DNA of 63,737 nt, the filler included, from Perkinsus chesapeaki ATCC PRA-425 (taxonomy: Eukaryota > Protista > Perkinsozoa): the NCBI GenBank assembly GCA_013115145.1. It is 10 parts of 10 records of this genome, joined end to end, with 100 filler letters (N's around TTAATTAATTAA, not from the genome) between each part and the next. Parts side by side here need not be neighbours in the genome. Positions count along the whole stretch, not along the records: positions 1 to 29,398 come from JAAPAO010000456.1; 9 more parts are not named here. The stretch is one strand, 5' to 3'. The notes beneath the pieces are model-generated. The model searched no databases. It was not told where the DNA came from and saw only the letters and a list, made by a program, of their open reading frames with translations. A program made the translations under genes and the position numbers. The first letter of the stretch is position 1; the number at the start of each line of letters is the position of its first letter. Shown one piece after another: positions 1 through 12,475 of the stretch.

Positions 1-75
1 CTTTTACCAATTTGTTCTGGGCTATATTAATTTGTTCTGGGCTTTAACTAATTTGGTCTTGGCTTTTACTAATTA
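1..75. repeat. Degenerate ~20-bp tandem repeat
   Basis: AATTTGTTCTGGGCT occurs twice and is followed by degenerate copies. Confidence 0.55.
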
Positions 76-134
76 GATCTTGAAATGGTGTAGTATGTAC
101 TATTACACGTTCAAAGCAGACCACCCCCGAAACT

Positions 135-2100
135 TCAAATGCCCGAAACTCTTGAAATTGAAAGCCAAGAATAAAAATTTGCGCGATTTACCAAAGTAAA
201 ATCCACGGTCCTTATGTGTAACCACTTTGTTCCATTACATCCAACGCAGCGATATCTCACCTCCACTCGTCCATAGGTTCTTGGTAGCCCCGTTAGCGTG
301 ACAACTCGATCAATCTCGCCGTTACATCCCAAAGCCACGTGCTGTAAATCCGCCGATAAATTATAAAATCTTTCAGCTTGCTCCACAAACAAAGATACGT
401 CTTGAGCATCAAGCGGCCTGCAAAAGGAAACATGTTCACCTTCCGAAATTCACTATCACAGCATCTCCACTAGGAGACAACTGCACGGATTATTTTCGCG
501 ACTCCAAAAATACCGCGCGTCACATTCTGAAAAACGTTCGTTGACAAGTTAGACAGCTCGTGGCGTCACTTGGCGATTTTAGAGCTTCTCACCAGCGGAC
601 ACCTACCGGCAATAAACGTCACGTGGAAGCACTGACTGCAGTCGCTCCGCCGTCACCAGTCGGTTGATTACAGCACATCGCCCTATCAAACCCAAGATCG
701 GAGGAAAGTACGGTATGAACGCCACGCACCTGTAAACCGACCCAACGACGACCGCATCAGGAGCACATCCTCCTCGTTGACATCATCTCTAGTCACTCTC
801 GACATCAATTCTATCACATCCGCAGCTGTGGTCTGAAGCACCAAAACTTCCGGGTCCAGTGCACTACCACACTATCGTTCAGAAATCCCTTCATTGAAAT
901 AAAGTGCCCTCAGAATCGCCACCACGCCAAGGTTCGTCAGCGCATGCTTGCCGTTTGTCAACACTGCAATCCTCCTCCTCCTTCTTACCTCCAAGGGGAG
1001 CTTCTCTATCAACAAAGCCTCTTGCCTCTCCGTAATAGCAAATGTATCCAAGGTCGGAGTTGATGGCACCTGCGTCACGTTCCTCAATCAAGCACTCAAA
1101 TTTGCCACACAGCTCGCGTGATGGTTCCTTAGAAGACTTTTCTAGTCTTTAGTGGAGGGAGATGTAAAAACTGGTGCAATCTCGATGGAGTTTTACAAAA
1201 TGTTCGCTCCTCGCCAACACTTCTCATCAGGCCACCATCAGCACGCAGAAATATTTCGAAACGTCATGAGTGACTTCAACCATCAATTGCTCCATTTCCT
1301 GGAGCAAAACTCAGTGGGAGCCAAAATAATATCGATACTAGAGAGCTGATAGAACTACTACCACAAGCCACTCAGAGATTTCTGAAGGTGCATGACAGGA
1401 AAAACGCTTGACTCAGGTAGCAACATCGATATGACTGAGATTAGGCGCTACACTAGCCATACACCGAAGCGTTCCTGCGGCTCCCACTGAGTCTCACGCC
1501 AGAAACTGCAGGACTTACTGAGCTGCTGAGTGGTTGAAGTCACATGCAGCGGCGCATTGGAGCACTCTCCACTCTAACAATGCTTTGCACTACACTGAAA
1601 GCTGTTCCTTCCCATCCCACATCTCTTCCCTCACCTGTGTGGCAACGTGAGGATTCATGTTGTGAGTTGGGAAATCCCTAGTCGCCCAATCTGTCCCCTC
1701 CGCAACTGAGGACGGCGAATTGCTACTACCTGAACGAGGTAGAAAGCGTGAAAGTCAATAAGGCAAGTTGAACGGATTCATGAACAAATAGCTCACCGGG
1801 TACTAGCCGGCGGGGAACACACACGCTCACGTGAGGGCACAGCTCAAGTCAACTCGGAGCGTCTTTCTCATCATTCAGTCCCAGGAAGACTGCATTTCAT
1901 GCCATGCTCTTGGCAATCAGACTTTCTATTATATCTCCTCATCCGTATCACTAGTTACAGTGTCCGACCCTCTTCGATACATTCCCACCAAGCTCCACCG
2001 CTCACCTCCATGTGTCTCACTAAAACGTCGAAGTGACCGCATCACAGCAGCGCTCCTTGAGCCAGCAACCAACGATACACATCTCCGGGAAATCATTGTT
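135..2100 (-). CDS. Probable multi-exon hypothetical gene, model unresolved (possibly degenerate)
   Basis: Several exon-like segments with GT/AG borders, e.g. MISRRCVSLVAGSRSAAVMRSLRRFSETHG, TLDTFAITERQEALLIEKLPLE and DPEVLVLQTTAADVIELMSRV. I could not build a stop-free model. Confidence 0.3.
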
Positions 2101-2392
2101 ATCAATTAAAATGAGCAAGATGAGTAAGAGTTCACTTTTCATATGCTCAAACACACCTCTCTAGAACCGAAAGTTAGCCGAAGTGTGGTAAGTAATTCCT
2201 ATTAAGACCGCCGATCCTCTTAGATCGATGCCAATAAAAGGCTATAGTACAATCGTAACACTCTGCATCAATAACGCGTCCCGTAATACAACAATTCCCC
2301 AAAATTGACCCACTGAAATCAAGCAGCTAACAAACAAGGGTATTTCTTGTTTTTTTAATGTGCACGTCAACTTGTTGATGACTAAGATACTC

Positions 2393-4065
2393 TCATCGCC
2401 AATTCTTCTTGTAGCTCAGATCAATGCCTCTCGGAACACCCTCTGCTCTCCCATCACGCTCCGCACGGTGCTCTCTTTCCCTTTCAACATTGTGTGTTGA
2501 CATATCGCGGAACTGAAAAAAGGAGAGACAATAACTTCGCGGAATCTCCCCCCCCATTTTTCCGAGTATATCCGCCAATTACGTAAGCACCGCCGCTAAG
2601 AAACGAATGCTGCTGCGATGAGGCCGGGTTACCGCCAGGCCGGGACCTCGACCTGCCGATCTCAACGCTGAACCATTTCTGATGCCCGAAAGCCCCGTGA
2701 TTGGGGATTTTTTCAGACGGCCATATCGGAATTACCGAAACACAAGAACTGAATTTACCTTCTTATGTTTGATATTGTTCTCAAACATTCGCCAGCCCAT
2801 CGCACGAGCATCCCTTCCTTGCTCCCACCGACGCTTCATCTTATTCACTCTAGCCCGCTCCTCTCCAGCTTGTCGTGATCCCTCGTTCTGACAGATTGGG
2901 ACGTCAATTATAAAGCCTGGGGAAGCCGCTCTTTCCGCTTCCCGGAAGCGAGATGTGAATTTCACTTCAGTCAAGGAGATTTTCAGTAAATTTAAAAAAT
3001 ACATTCCACCAAACTTTTCGGGGCTTATTTGGGGAAATATATGCCAAAAAATGATATATTTTTACAGCTATCGAAGCGAGCAGTTAGTTCCTCAAGAGAG
3101 TTATTCGGCAAAAGCGAAAACTCCGTCAGCTCAGTTATATCGCAAAAATAGCTCCCCAAACGACTGAGTTAGTTCCTAAGTTTGCTCGCCCCTTACCAAA
3201 CGATCCTCATTAGCCTTCGCTGTGTTCTGAGCATACTCCTCATCTTCACGCTCTTTATCTAATATCTTCTCACATTCGTTCATAACCTGCACAACAACTT
3301 AACTATGAAAGATATGAAGCCAGTCAAACATTTCAAAATTTTTGACTCGAAAATAAAATTTTTGGGTGAGTTTTCCCACTAGATTTTCTGACAGGAAGTG
3401 TCAGTTGTATCCCATGGACACTGTCCCTGCATCAGGAATGCTTGGCGAGCATGGGGCAATTCGTATATACACAGACCCAACGCTGAGTTGGTTCCAAAAA
3501 GCTCGGCGAACGGAGGTTCAAGAATATCATTATGTCCAATTGTTTGGTGCTACGCTTCTACAAACATGAGCTGATGACTCGGACTAACCGTACGTATAGA
3601 AGATGGTCCCACTCTTTCGCATGGCTCGCGAGCGAAATGGCCCACAACGCAGATACAGGAAGGACACAGTAGTGGACCACGATCTACGACCCCCTGCTAG
3701 CCTATCTCTACCGAAACTGATTAATCCAAAAACCAGGAACAATACAGATAATACTCAAGCGATGGTACCAACGGTCCAAAGATAGTGGTAGCATTGCGCT
3801 GAAGTATGGCGCGCACGAGATCCCTCGAACCGCACGTATAACTCGCTTAGCCCAAGCAAAGCAGCGGTGAGCTGTATTCACTTGAGCGCACTTTCGTTAG
3901 GGTACCAGCAAGCCATGATGGTAAGGAATGCTGATGCGCCCAGAGATGTTCATGTCACCATCCTCAGCATTAGCGTAATAACTTTATCTGAGTCCTTGCC
4001 ATCACGGATGTTCCGCTATATCAAGGATCGACAAGAAGCTTATACCTTCCGCTAACCCCAGCTTC

Positions 4066-4114
<49 letters not shown>

Positions 4115-6263
4115 CATAATTGCTTGATAAAGAGTAAATTCAGCCAAAAAGAAATCATGAAGAAGTAAGAAAACACGCTGTAGCTTGTCTTCTCTAGTCT
4201 TCACCCGACTGACGCGAAATATCACGGCTACAGGACAATGTGGGATATGGCAGACGGCTCCCGCGTTGGGTACTCTGAAATTAATCCTTGCTTAGAGCAT
4301 TCGACAATACGCTCATCCACTCGAATTCGTCGATACCCACAATGAATATATCATCAAATGCACCGCCGGCCCAGTAATGCACTCAAAACCTCGACTTAAC
4401 CCCGCCGCTTATTTCAGCTAATGCTCATCCATAGCCACAGCACAAGTTTCTTCCAACTCACGTCATTGTTGAAATCTTCCCCTTCCAAGTCCAATGGATC
4501 CATCCCTCGTCTCATCCGTTCGATATTCTCCTTCTTCCGTCGCTTTAATACTCTCTTCTTAGCATGCGGGATGATCTGATACAACAACACGTGAACCACG
4601 CAATAGTCAATAAAAAGTACAACTTCGGATCCCGGATCACAGAATGCAATTCGTTGCAAATCCATCGCAATAAGCGGAATTATTCGTGACTGAAATCGTC
4701 GAAAATCGAGAGCCAGGATCCTTCTCGACAGTCTTGAATGGAACAACGACACGTGAACCGCGCAATAGTCAACGAAAGGGCAAAATTCGGAACACGGAAA
4801 CATGCAGCATGTTTCGGAGCAGCAAATCCAAATAAGCGAAGAACTGAAGTAATCAGTCCGGATACTATTGAACTGTTATCGACAGTCTCGGACAATGACG
4901 ACCAAACCAAACATTTTTCTGCGTACAAGCCTCTCGAAGGCACTTTCAGAGGAGACCATACAAATATTTCATACGACCGGTGTAGGACTCACCTCTTTAT
5001 ATTTATCATTATAATTAGGATCGTTAATGTCCTTCAATGCCTTAGCCAGAACTTGGAATGCTTCGGCTGCCTTTGGATGATTGCACTTATCAGGATGAAC
5101 TAGTAGCGATAGTCGACGGTACCTTAAAGGAAATAATACCAAAAGATGCCACAGGAAATACCGTTTTAGCGAAAAAAAACTAAGTAAGCATCAGAATACT
5201 TGCCCACGCAATTTTCTCGCCCGTTTTTCTTCCAAAGAAAAAGTCATCCTCCCCCCTTACTGTTTTTGTATCTCCTTATCACTATGCTCCTCAGTAGGGT
5301 CCAACAGTAACACCTCGTACCTGAGGAATGCTGTCAAGCAATACGAAACTGACGAATTCGCGACTTTCCGACTGCTGACAACTTCAAGTGAATACTCAAC
5401 AAACCTATTTTACTATGTCGGAGGGAAATCTTCTTCTTACGCCCCAAAAATATCGTCCGCAAAGTTTTAAGTTTTCAGCAACCATATGGATGAGATGAGA
5501 TCACAACCCATTTCTTATTGAAGTCGAACCCAGTGTAAACAACAAGCCGCCAAAGGATACTTACGCGCTGCTGAAAACCTTCGAAGTCAACCGATCTGCT
5601 TGGTAATTCGGATCATTATTATCCTTGCCTGCAAACCGCTTATGTAGAGCTTTATCTGAACAAACGAGAAAGGGATATGGGAGATCCAGCTTGGCCAATA
5701 CACAACATAGCCCCCATTATAACGAATACAGAGGTTCAACCACCACTGTGGTTGGGTATGCGTTCCAATTGACTATAATGGAATAATTCCAACGCGATTC
5801 AACCACACTTTCTTCAAATCCATGTTATGTTATACCCAGTATGCATCCATATTATAGTGCAGGGTAACAGTAATCTTCTGTTCGGGACAATCGTTTACTG
5901 CCAACCTGTATTATTATACTGAGTATTGTATAAATTCTATATATTGATGAACATACTGTTCCTCAACGCCGCTGGAGCATTTGTTACAAAAGTACCTCCC
6001 CCCTAGTTTAAAAAAATAAAAGCTATAAAAGTTCCACTGTTCGTTCAAATTCCCGCATTAGATTCTGCCTCCCCTCGATGATAACTGCTTTGCCCCATAC
6101 CATATCTCCTATTACTCTTTGCTGTTTGTAAATGGGTAACTTCATCCTCAAACATTTCCATCAGATGAGCGAATTCTTCCTCAGTTTTCTCATCACTCGC
6201 CGGCGTGCTATCATCACCTGCCGTTTTGGCGGCTGCTGGACTTTTAGAGGAAGTTGAAGACAT
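2393..6263 (-). CDS. DNAJC8: DnaJ homolog subfamily C member 8 (SPF31-like), 8 exons
   Basis: Exons 6263-6101, 5655-5565, 5320-5261, 5122-4993 and 4575-4462, then exons starting near 3286, 2890 and 2512, splice in frame at GT-AG borders. They give ...[48 protein letters not shown]... and the C-terminal WEQGRDARAMGWRMFENNIKHKK, which matches the DNAJC8 tail FEESRDGRVDSWRNF. Confidence 0.92.
4068..4114. repeat. (TTG)n microsatellite inside a DNAJC8 intron
   Basis: About 15 perfect TTG units. Confidence 0.97.
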
Positions 6264-6367
6264 TGACGTATAAGAGAATCTTCCCTGTGCGAAAAGATAC
6301 TACACGAAGTTTTCCATGTGCAGAGGGATACTCCGCATTACTCACCGAGTGGAAAACCAAATTCAGA

Positions 6368-6480
6368 GAATCTTTCAAGTGCGAAGATACTTCATAGAAT
6401 CTTTCAAGTGCGAAGATACTTCATAGGATCTTCCAAGTGCGAAGATACTTCATAGGATCTTTCAAGTGCAGAAGATCTTT
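6368..6480. repeat. 29-bp minisatellite, about 3.8 copies
   Basis: Unit GAATCTTTCAAGTGCGAAGATACTTCATA at 6368, 6397 and 6426, partial at 6455. A degenerate copy lies at 6276-6305. Confidence 0.93.
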
Positions 6481-6701
6481 TAGTGCCGCTTGGGAAGCTA
6501 TCCAACATAGCTTTCACCATCATCGAACAACTTCCAAAAGAATGAACATTCCCATCGGCGTTTCTCTGACACCTTCCAAGCTCTCATCCAAACGACCCAG
6601 GTTCAATCCCCGCAACCCTCCACTAATACCCTCTAAAACCCAACATACATCCTTATGAAACTGCTGCTGCTGATCAGCTCTCCACGCAACAAGAGCGTAT
6701 C

Positions 6702-9413
6702 TTATAGCGGTTTCGAGGTGAATTTCCACAGTCCATCATTCAAGTAATGTATATTCTCAATCGCTATACCTTGATTTGTCGCGCGCCTGAAAATTACAAA
6801 GCACTACTACTACTGCCATCATCTTCCTAAAAATTATTCCGCGTCATGGGATGTCGGGCTTTTGCAAGATATCAATTATTTCATTATTTAAAATAATCAC
6901 CAGCAGTGCACCGTTTTGCTTCGATATTAAATCCCAAAAATAATTTATTTTCTCAAAAACTTCTGACATCCCATCAGCCTTAAACCACTGTAAAATGCCG
7001 AAGCCATCTTCATAACCATATTTCCGTTATAATTCCCTCTGTTATATTACATCTCATCTGCCGACATCAATGTCTTCCCTATCGCACATATATGTTCCTT
7101 TCCTTCAGCCAAGACCGCCTAAACAATAAAAACAGCTCTTTACGCGATCGAAGCCGATTTCTGTGCTCTATTTGATATCTACTAAAGATTAGTTATTGTA
7201 ATAACGATGACCATTTCCATCATCCCTAACAAAAATGTGGCGTATGACAGAGTCTGTGACACAGACTGCTTTCCACCCGGAGTAATAATTGTAAGTAACA
7301 GCCAGCAATCAAATTTCAAAGTGCAAGTAGCTTACTACCACTATTTCCCAAGAAATCATCTATCGACAAAAATAGGTCCCTATCGGCCGAAGTTAAAGCG
7401 CCCCAGATGCTCCCAAATCAAATGCCCTTGATCCATCTCCTTTATTTCAGAATATTCCATCCTATATCTCTGCATTAACAAATACGTTACTGGCCTCGCA
7501 AAACACATTTCGATGATGCCAGTTCTAGAAGTCTAGTTCCAGTTTCAACCGCGCCCACCTCCGTGATCCTGTTAAGCCGCCACGCAACCCACTTACCACT
7601 ATTTGGTCTTTCTCAAGATGCTCAGGTAGCGCGCCGCCAGGGCTTGTCAAACCAGGCGTCATAATGTTGGCTCCTGAGAAAAGTACGGCAAGGAATACAA
7701 CACATTCCATGCTTTGGCGAGCTCCTGGCCAAACCTAGATATTCATTAACATCAATAATGTAGCAAAGCTCACAAAAGCAACATTCCCTCTGGACAACTT
7801 CAAATTCTTGAAGGTGATATTGCTTGTTATTGCCCACCTTACCCCCCCCCCCCCCCACTGCCACGTACCCCACTACGACACTGGATAAGATATAGGGTCG
7901 ATGGCTGGCATAACTATAGAACACTAAACGAGCTTCATTTAATAAAACCAATAACAAGCTGCTTACCCTTCAAGACCAATAAACACATTATAATGATCCC
8001 GTATAGAATAGACCGTATCGCCCAGAAGACAAGAAAAATGCACTTTTGATGTGTATTGCGCCGGTCGACAAGCACACTTCACACGCCAGCCCCATTATTA
8101 AGTATCGTAATGAATGACCAATGATCAATTAAGATCATTAAACTACATACACTGATGGCTAACTACAGGTAACTATTGTATTACTAACTCCATAGCCCTA
8201 CCATTACCCCTATTACCTTTCAACACAAACTTAATCGCTCCTCGATCGACTCTAACCAAAGGCATCATAGTCGGAACTGAAACCATGCGCATGCGTGCAA
8301 TACACCAACCCACTGGCGAGAATGATGATGATGATCGAAGTGCGAATTCTCACCGGCAATCAACGTCTGATTATCGAACGCCATGCCACCCTGCTGTGGA
8401 ATGTCCCGTAAATCATCGATGATATAAAATAGAGTCTATTTTAATGGTCTATTTAATAGACCCCGAGCGCAGCAAAGATGAAATAAAATATACATTTCCA
8501 CAGTAAAATCACTCCGTACTTCCGATAATTTGATTAAAAATATTTAATCCAAAAGAAAGTTCAAAATTAGAATAAAATGAAAACATTGCGTAAATCCCAA
8601 TCATTGGTATTACATCGGTGTACTGTCCGTAATGTAGGTATCCACGGACCATCTCTGAGCTGGAAGAAAAGCACTTCGCCATTTACAGCAAACAGTTGTA
8701 CGTGATCTTTGCTGAACAGAAAAAAATCATAACGGAAAAGATCCAAAATTTTTCGGAAAATATGCACTACAGTAAAAACAAGTGGGCGAAGAAGACTTTA
8801 TTTTTCCGAAGAGATGTACAAACTAGTGAGGAGATGCATTATGCTCTCTTTGGTGACTAAAAACAAGCTTGTTAGAGTTTGACTTCGAGCTCCAGCCTTG
8901 GCTTCCGGCATATAAAAAGTTAGATGCCTGCAAGATCACTAGCAGTGAATTAATTTGAGCTGGAAAATATGGTTAAGCATTTTAAGAGGTAGAGAATTCC
9001 AGTCAAGTGGGGTAGATCGCCAAATAGCAAAGGGGAAACTTAACAAGTTGGAGGAGTTATATACAGATGTGGTAGGCATCATCTAAAGACTGGGATCGAG
9101 TGTGCAGTGATAACTTAGCCGAGAGTGCGAATTTATGCCTGATCTTTTAGGACATAATCTGCCCAGTCATTCCAGGACGCTACATTCTCATTAACGTATC
9201 GACAGCAGTTCGAGTAAGGAATCCCACCAGCCCCCACCCATCTCTGTCTCACCATTTAACTAAGACGTTCTGTGCCTTCTTCGGGAATAGTCCGACAACA
9301 CATTCCTCCATACGAGGGAAGTCCTCGGCGACCTTAGCTTTAACCCCTCGTGCGACAGAAGACTTCGCTTGGTTCTGTGTTGAGACGTCTGCCTCTGTGA
9401 AGGACTTGAACAT
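6702..9413 (-). CDS. MCTS1: MCT-1/Tma20 PUA-domain translation reinitiation factor, 6 exons
   Basis: Spliced product MFKSFTEADVSTQNQAKSSVARGVKAKV...[66 protein letters not shown]...AVLAEGKEHICAIG...GIAIENIHYLNDGLWKF matches MCTS1 motifs along its full length. Confidence 0.95.
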
Positions 9414-11849
9414 TTCAAACAACTATCAGCAGAGCTCGCCCACAGAAAACCCATTGAAGGAAGATAAGATGGAGGAGCAGCTCAAACAGGATAAACATGA
9501 AGTGGTTTTCTAGCAAATCAAAGTCATCGAACTCACACTGTAGTGTCACCAAACCACTTACTCCCTTAGCCCTGCACAATTCCTTTTTTCCCAGACTCAA
9601 CACAAAATCTGTCCCCTCGCAGAAACTGTCAACAATCTTCATGCTTTTCACTCAAAATTTTCAACGTCACTTGGAGGTAGCACGCCCGCGTCCCGAGCAT
9701 CCCTTATAAGCTCCATCAACTCCGCTCTTTCTCTCTGTTAAAGATAAGATATCTTATTGCCATCATCAGCAACAACTACCTCTTTCTTGACGTAATGTAA
9801 CCAAGCCCGATGAACCGATTCGTTCCAGGAGCTGGCAACGCTACCAACCATATAAAAAATGACACCTAAGACATACAACAGAAAATAACAGGCCACAGTA
9901 ACCATTAACGGATGCCTAGATTTCCCTTGCACAATCACGTGTTATCGGCAGTAGTGAGCCACGAAGGAAGAACAGAAACTATTTCCTAGGAAAATATAGC
10001 GCTTCTGCAAGCCTGCACGATATTTTTCGCGCCTAAGGAGGATGCCAATTCACCGAGTAAGGGAATCACTGTGGCCAACATCAATTTCATGACGGAGGAT
10101 CCCAATCCATGAACAAGGGCCTTTAGAGTTTTTACTTTCAAATACAGTGGTTACAGAAATCTCTTTCGATCCTCTGCTCTATTAGATTAGGGGCAATACA
10201 ATATTCAATGGCATTCCCAAAGCACTTGACCACAAGAGCAATGATTCGCCGAGTGCTGTTATGTAAACAAGCTCTTTCCATTACACAAACTGTAAAGTGT
10301 CGCCGAGTCTTGAAGAGGCATGGAGGTGTCCAGGAAATAATACGCAGCTTGGTGTGGTCTATTGCGTGTCCATTCTGACAACTCCTTTGTTGACAGGACC
10401 ACATATGAATTGAACCAGTTATCAGGACAAAGATACTAGCAAATTCACGATTGAATCTTTGGACTGGTTTCCCATCTATTACTACGGTGACGCACTTGCA
10501 GAGCAGTGTTATGGGAAAGATGATTAATATGAAAAAGTACTTTGCAAATTATGACTATTATTTCCACTGTAATGTCAATTTTGGTAGGAGAGACCACACA
10601 GATTGAAATGCAAGAGAAAGCGAATGCTAAGGTGAGTTAAATGACAGTGTAAGGCGCCGCCACCGGGATATTACCAAATAGTCCAGTCACCGTCACTCGC
10701 CAACAAAAGTTCCAAAAATATTGCCGACGGATGTAGAAGGCCGCCCAGTTTACCATTACCAAGACAATAACACTGTAGTACGTAGCATGTTGAAGACTGA
10801 TAGTTTTGTGGCGCGTGACTTATTTGTTGCCCAAAAGTGATGCTACGCTCCGCTCAGCGCACATTCTCCGTCGCTCGCCGAAAAATAGTCGGAAATTCGA
10901 TCGAAGATGCCACATCTTCCTACTTTGAAAAGCGGTCCCAGGAGCGCCTCTTACATGTGAAATCCAATCATAGGAGCCCTCTTCGATTTCAGGAGAGGTA
11001 GACTATTGAACACCCTGTCATTTTGTTGGATTTAAAATACTCATGGACGATGTCGAGTTATTTGTTTCGTAAGCATTCACTGTTTAACATTTCATATCTC
11101 ATACAATCGATGACTCAGTTGCCATAATCCACACCTTCCGTTCATTTGTACCATTTACATGCACTCATGGAGTATAGTCCTTCTCATCAGCCTTCCGGCC
11201 TTCACAGAGGCAAGAGCTTCATCCATGACAGAGTCAGCCTTAGCGCCTCAAATTTGTAACCTATCTCGCACCTTTACCGACAACCTTTCTGCCATCAGTC
11301 CTCCGAACGCTTCAACAAGACTTGGGTCTTCGACAAAGGAGGAGACCGAGAAACCACTGTAAAAGGAGTCTCTGAGCTCTCTGATATATCACGCTCAGTT
11401 CGTCCTTGGGTTCAGCCAAGAGCACGGTGAGCCGACAGACATCTCCAGAATAGTTAGTTCTGGGATGTCCACAGTGAACCCCAACAGGAAGTGAGTGAAG
11501 CAATCCTGTAGTATGCTAGCTACGTATTCAGTCCTTCCACACCCAACATCGGTGTTCATGAGCGGCTTAGCTATACCGTGCTCGTCAGCTCAGAGGCCAT
11601 TTCAAGAGCTACTATATCATCTAGTGTTCCTACAGTGCCCCTTGTTGTGAATAAAGCAGCTCTCAATGATCTATTTTGAGTCTGCTGAACACATATCTTT
11701 CAACCGAATGAAAAACCGTCACGTATGTTTCGTCGAGACAACCGAATACACAGGGCACATAGACCGGGGCAATGACCGCCGCATGCTTGTAAGAAAACCT
11801 TTGTTGTTAAGCTGCTGGATACTGTTTAACGGGGCAGATTACTTCACAG

Positions 11850-12475
11850 TACAAAGCTTTCTTCACGATGTCCGAGGCTTTGGAGGGTTTCAAGCCAAGA
11901 GTCTTCGAAATCAACTTATTCCTATCAGGGAGTCGGTGAGACCAATAAGCTTTATTGCGGACACATTGCGAGGTCAGGATTTCCAAGAAACCTCAATTAG
12001 ACATGGCAATACTTGAAGAGATTCTAGACTCGGTACCACACAAAACCAAGCATCAACGGGAGGACTTGTTTAATCAAGGAGGGCCCGAGGCACTCTGTTC
12101 CGAGTACGGAACGAATATTGGGGGAGCGCTGGAGTCGACGGACTGGAGGCAATGGCGAGGAGTCGACAGGAATGTGAAGAAAATGATGGACGATATGTTC
12201 AATCTTCACATCGAGAATGGCCATGGGCCGCCGAGTCACAGATCTTCCAACATACAGATTCAAGTTAGCCGATCTGGGAGTGATGAGTGGAAACTAGCCT
12301 ATATGCACCGCGAGAATACTGCATGGATACACGAGTTTATGGCTGACGTTGCGAGTAACTCATAATTTGGTCATGATTTTCTCGATTGTGTTTGGCGACA
12401 TGAAAAGGGATGTCGAGGTGTTTGCTGTACGATCGCCTTCGAGTCGGGTTTTTATTCGAATAAATAATAATAACA
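11850..12475 (+). mobile_element. Degenerate 3' end of a non-LTR (RTE-like) retrotransposon
   Basis: Frame-broken motifs (KLYCGHIAR, TDWRQWRGV) resemble the RTE ORF2 C-terminus (R..GH.AR; DR..WR..V). They are followed by an AATAAATAATAATAAC tail at about 12459-12474. Confidence 0.4.

Noticed and set aside
3380-3800. Possible nested membrane-protein exons inside the long DNAJC8 intron
   Set aside because: The hydrophobic stretches are short, interrupted by stops, and I could not splice them into a consistent model.
9600-11650. Exon-like minus-strand segments suggesting a membrane protein or ion channel
   Set aside because: No diagnostic motif and no phase-consistent gene model.
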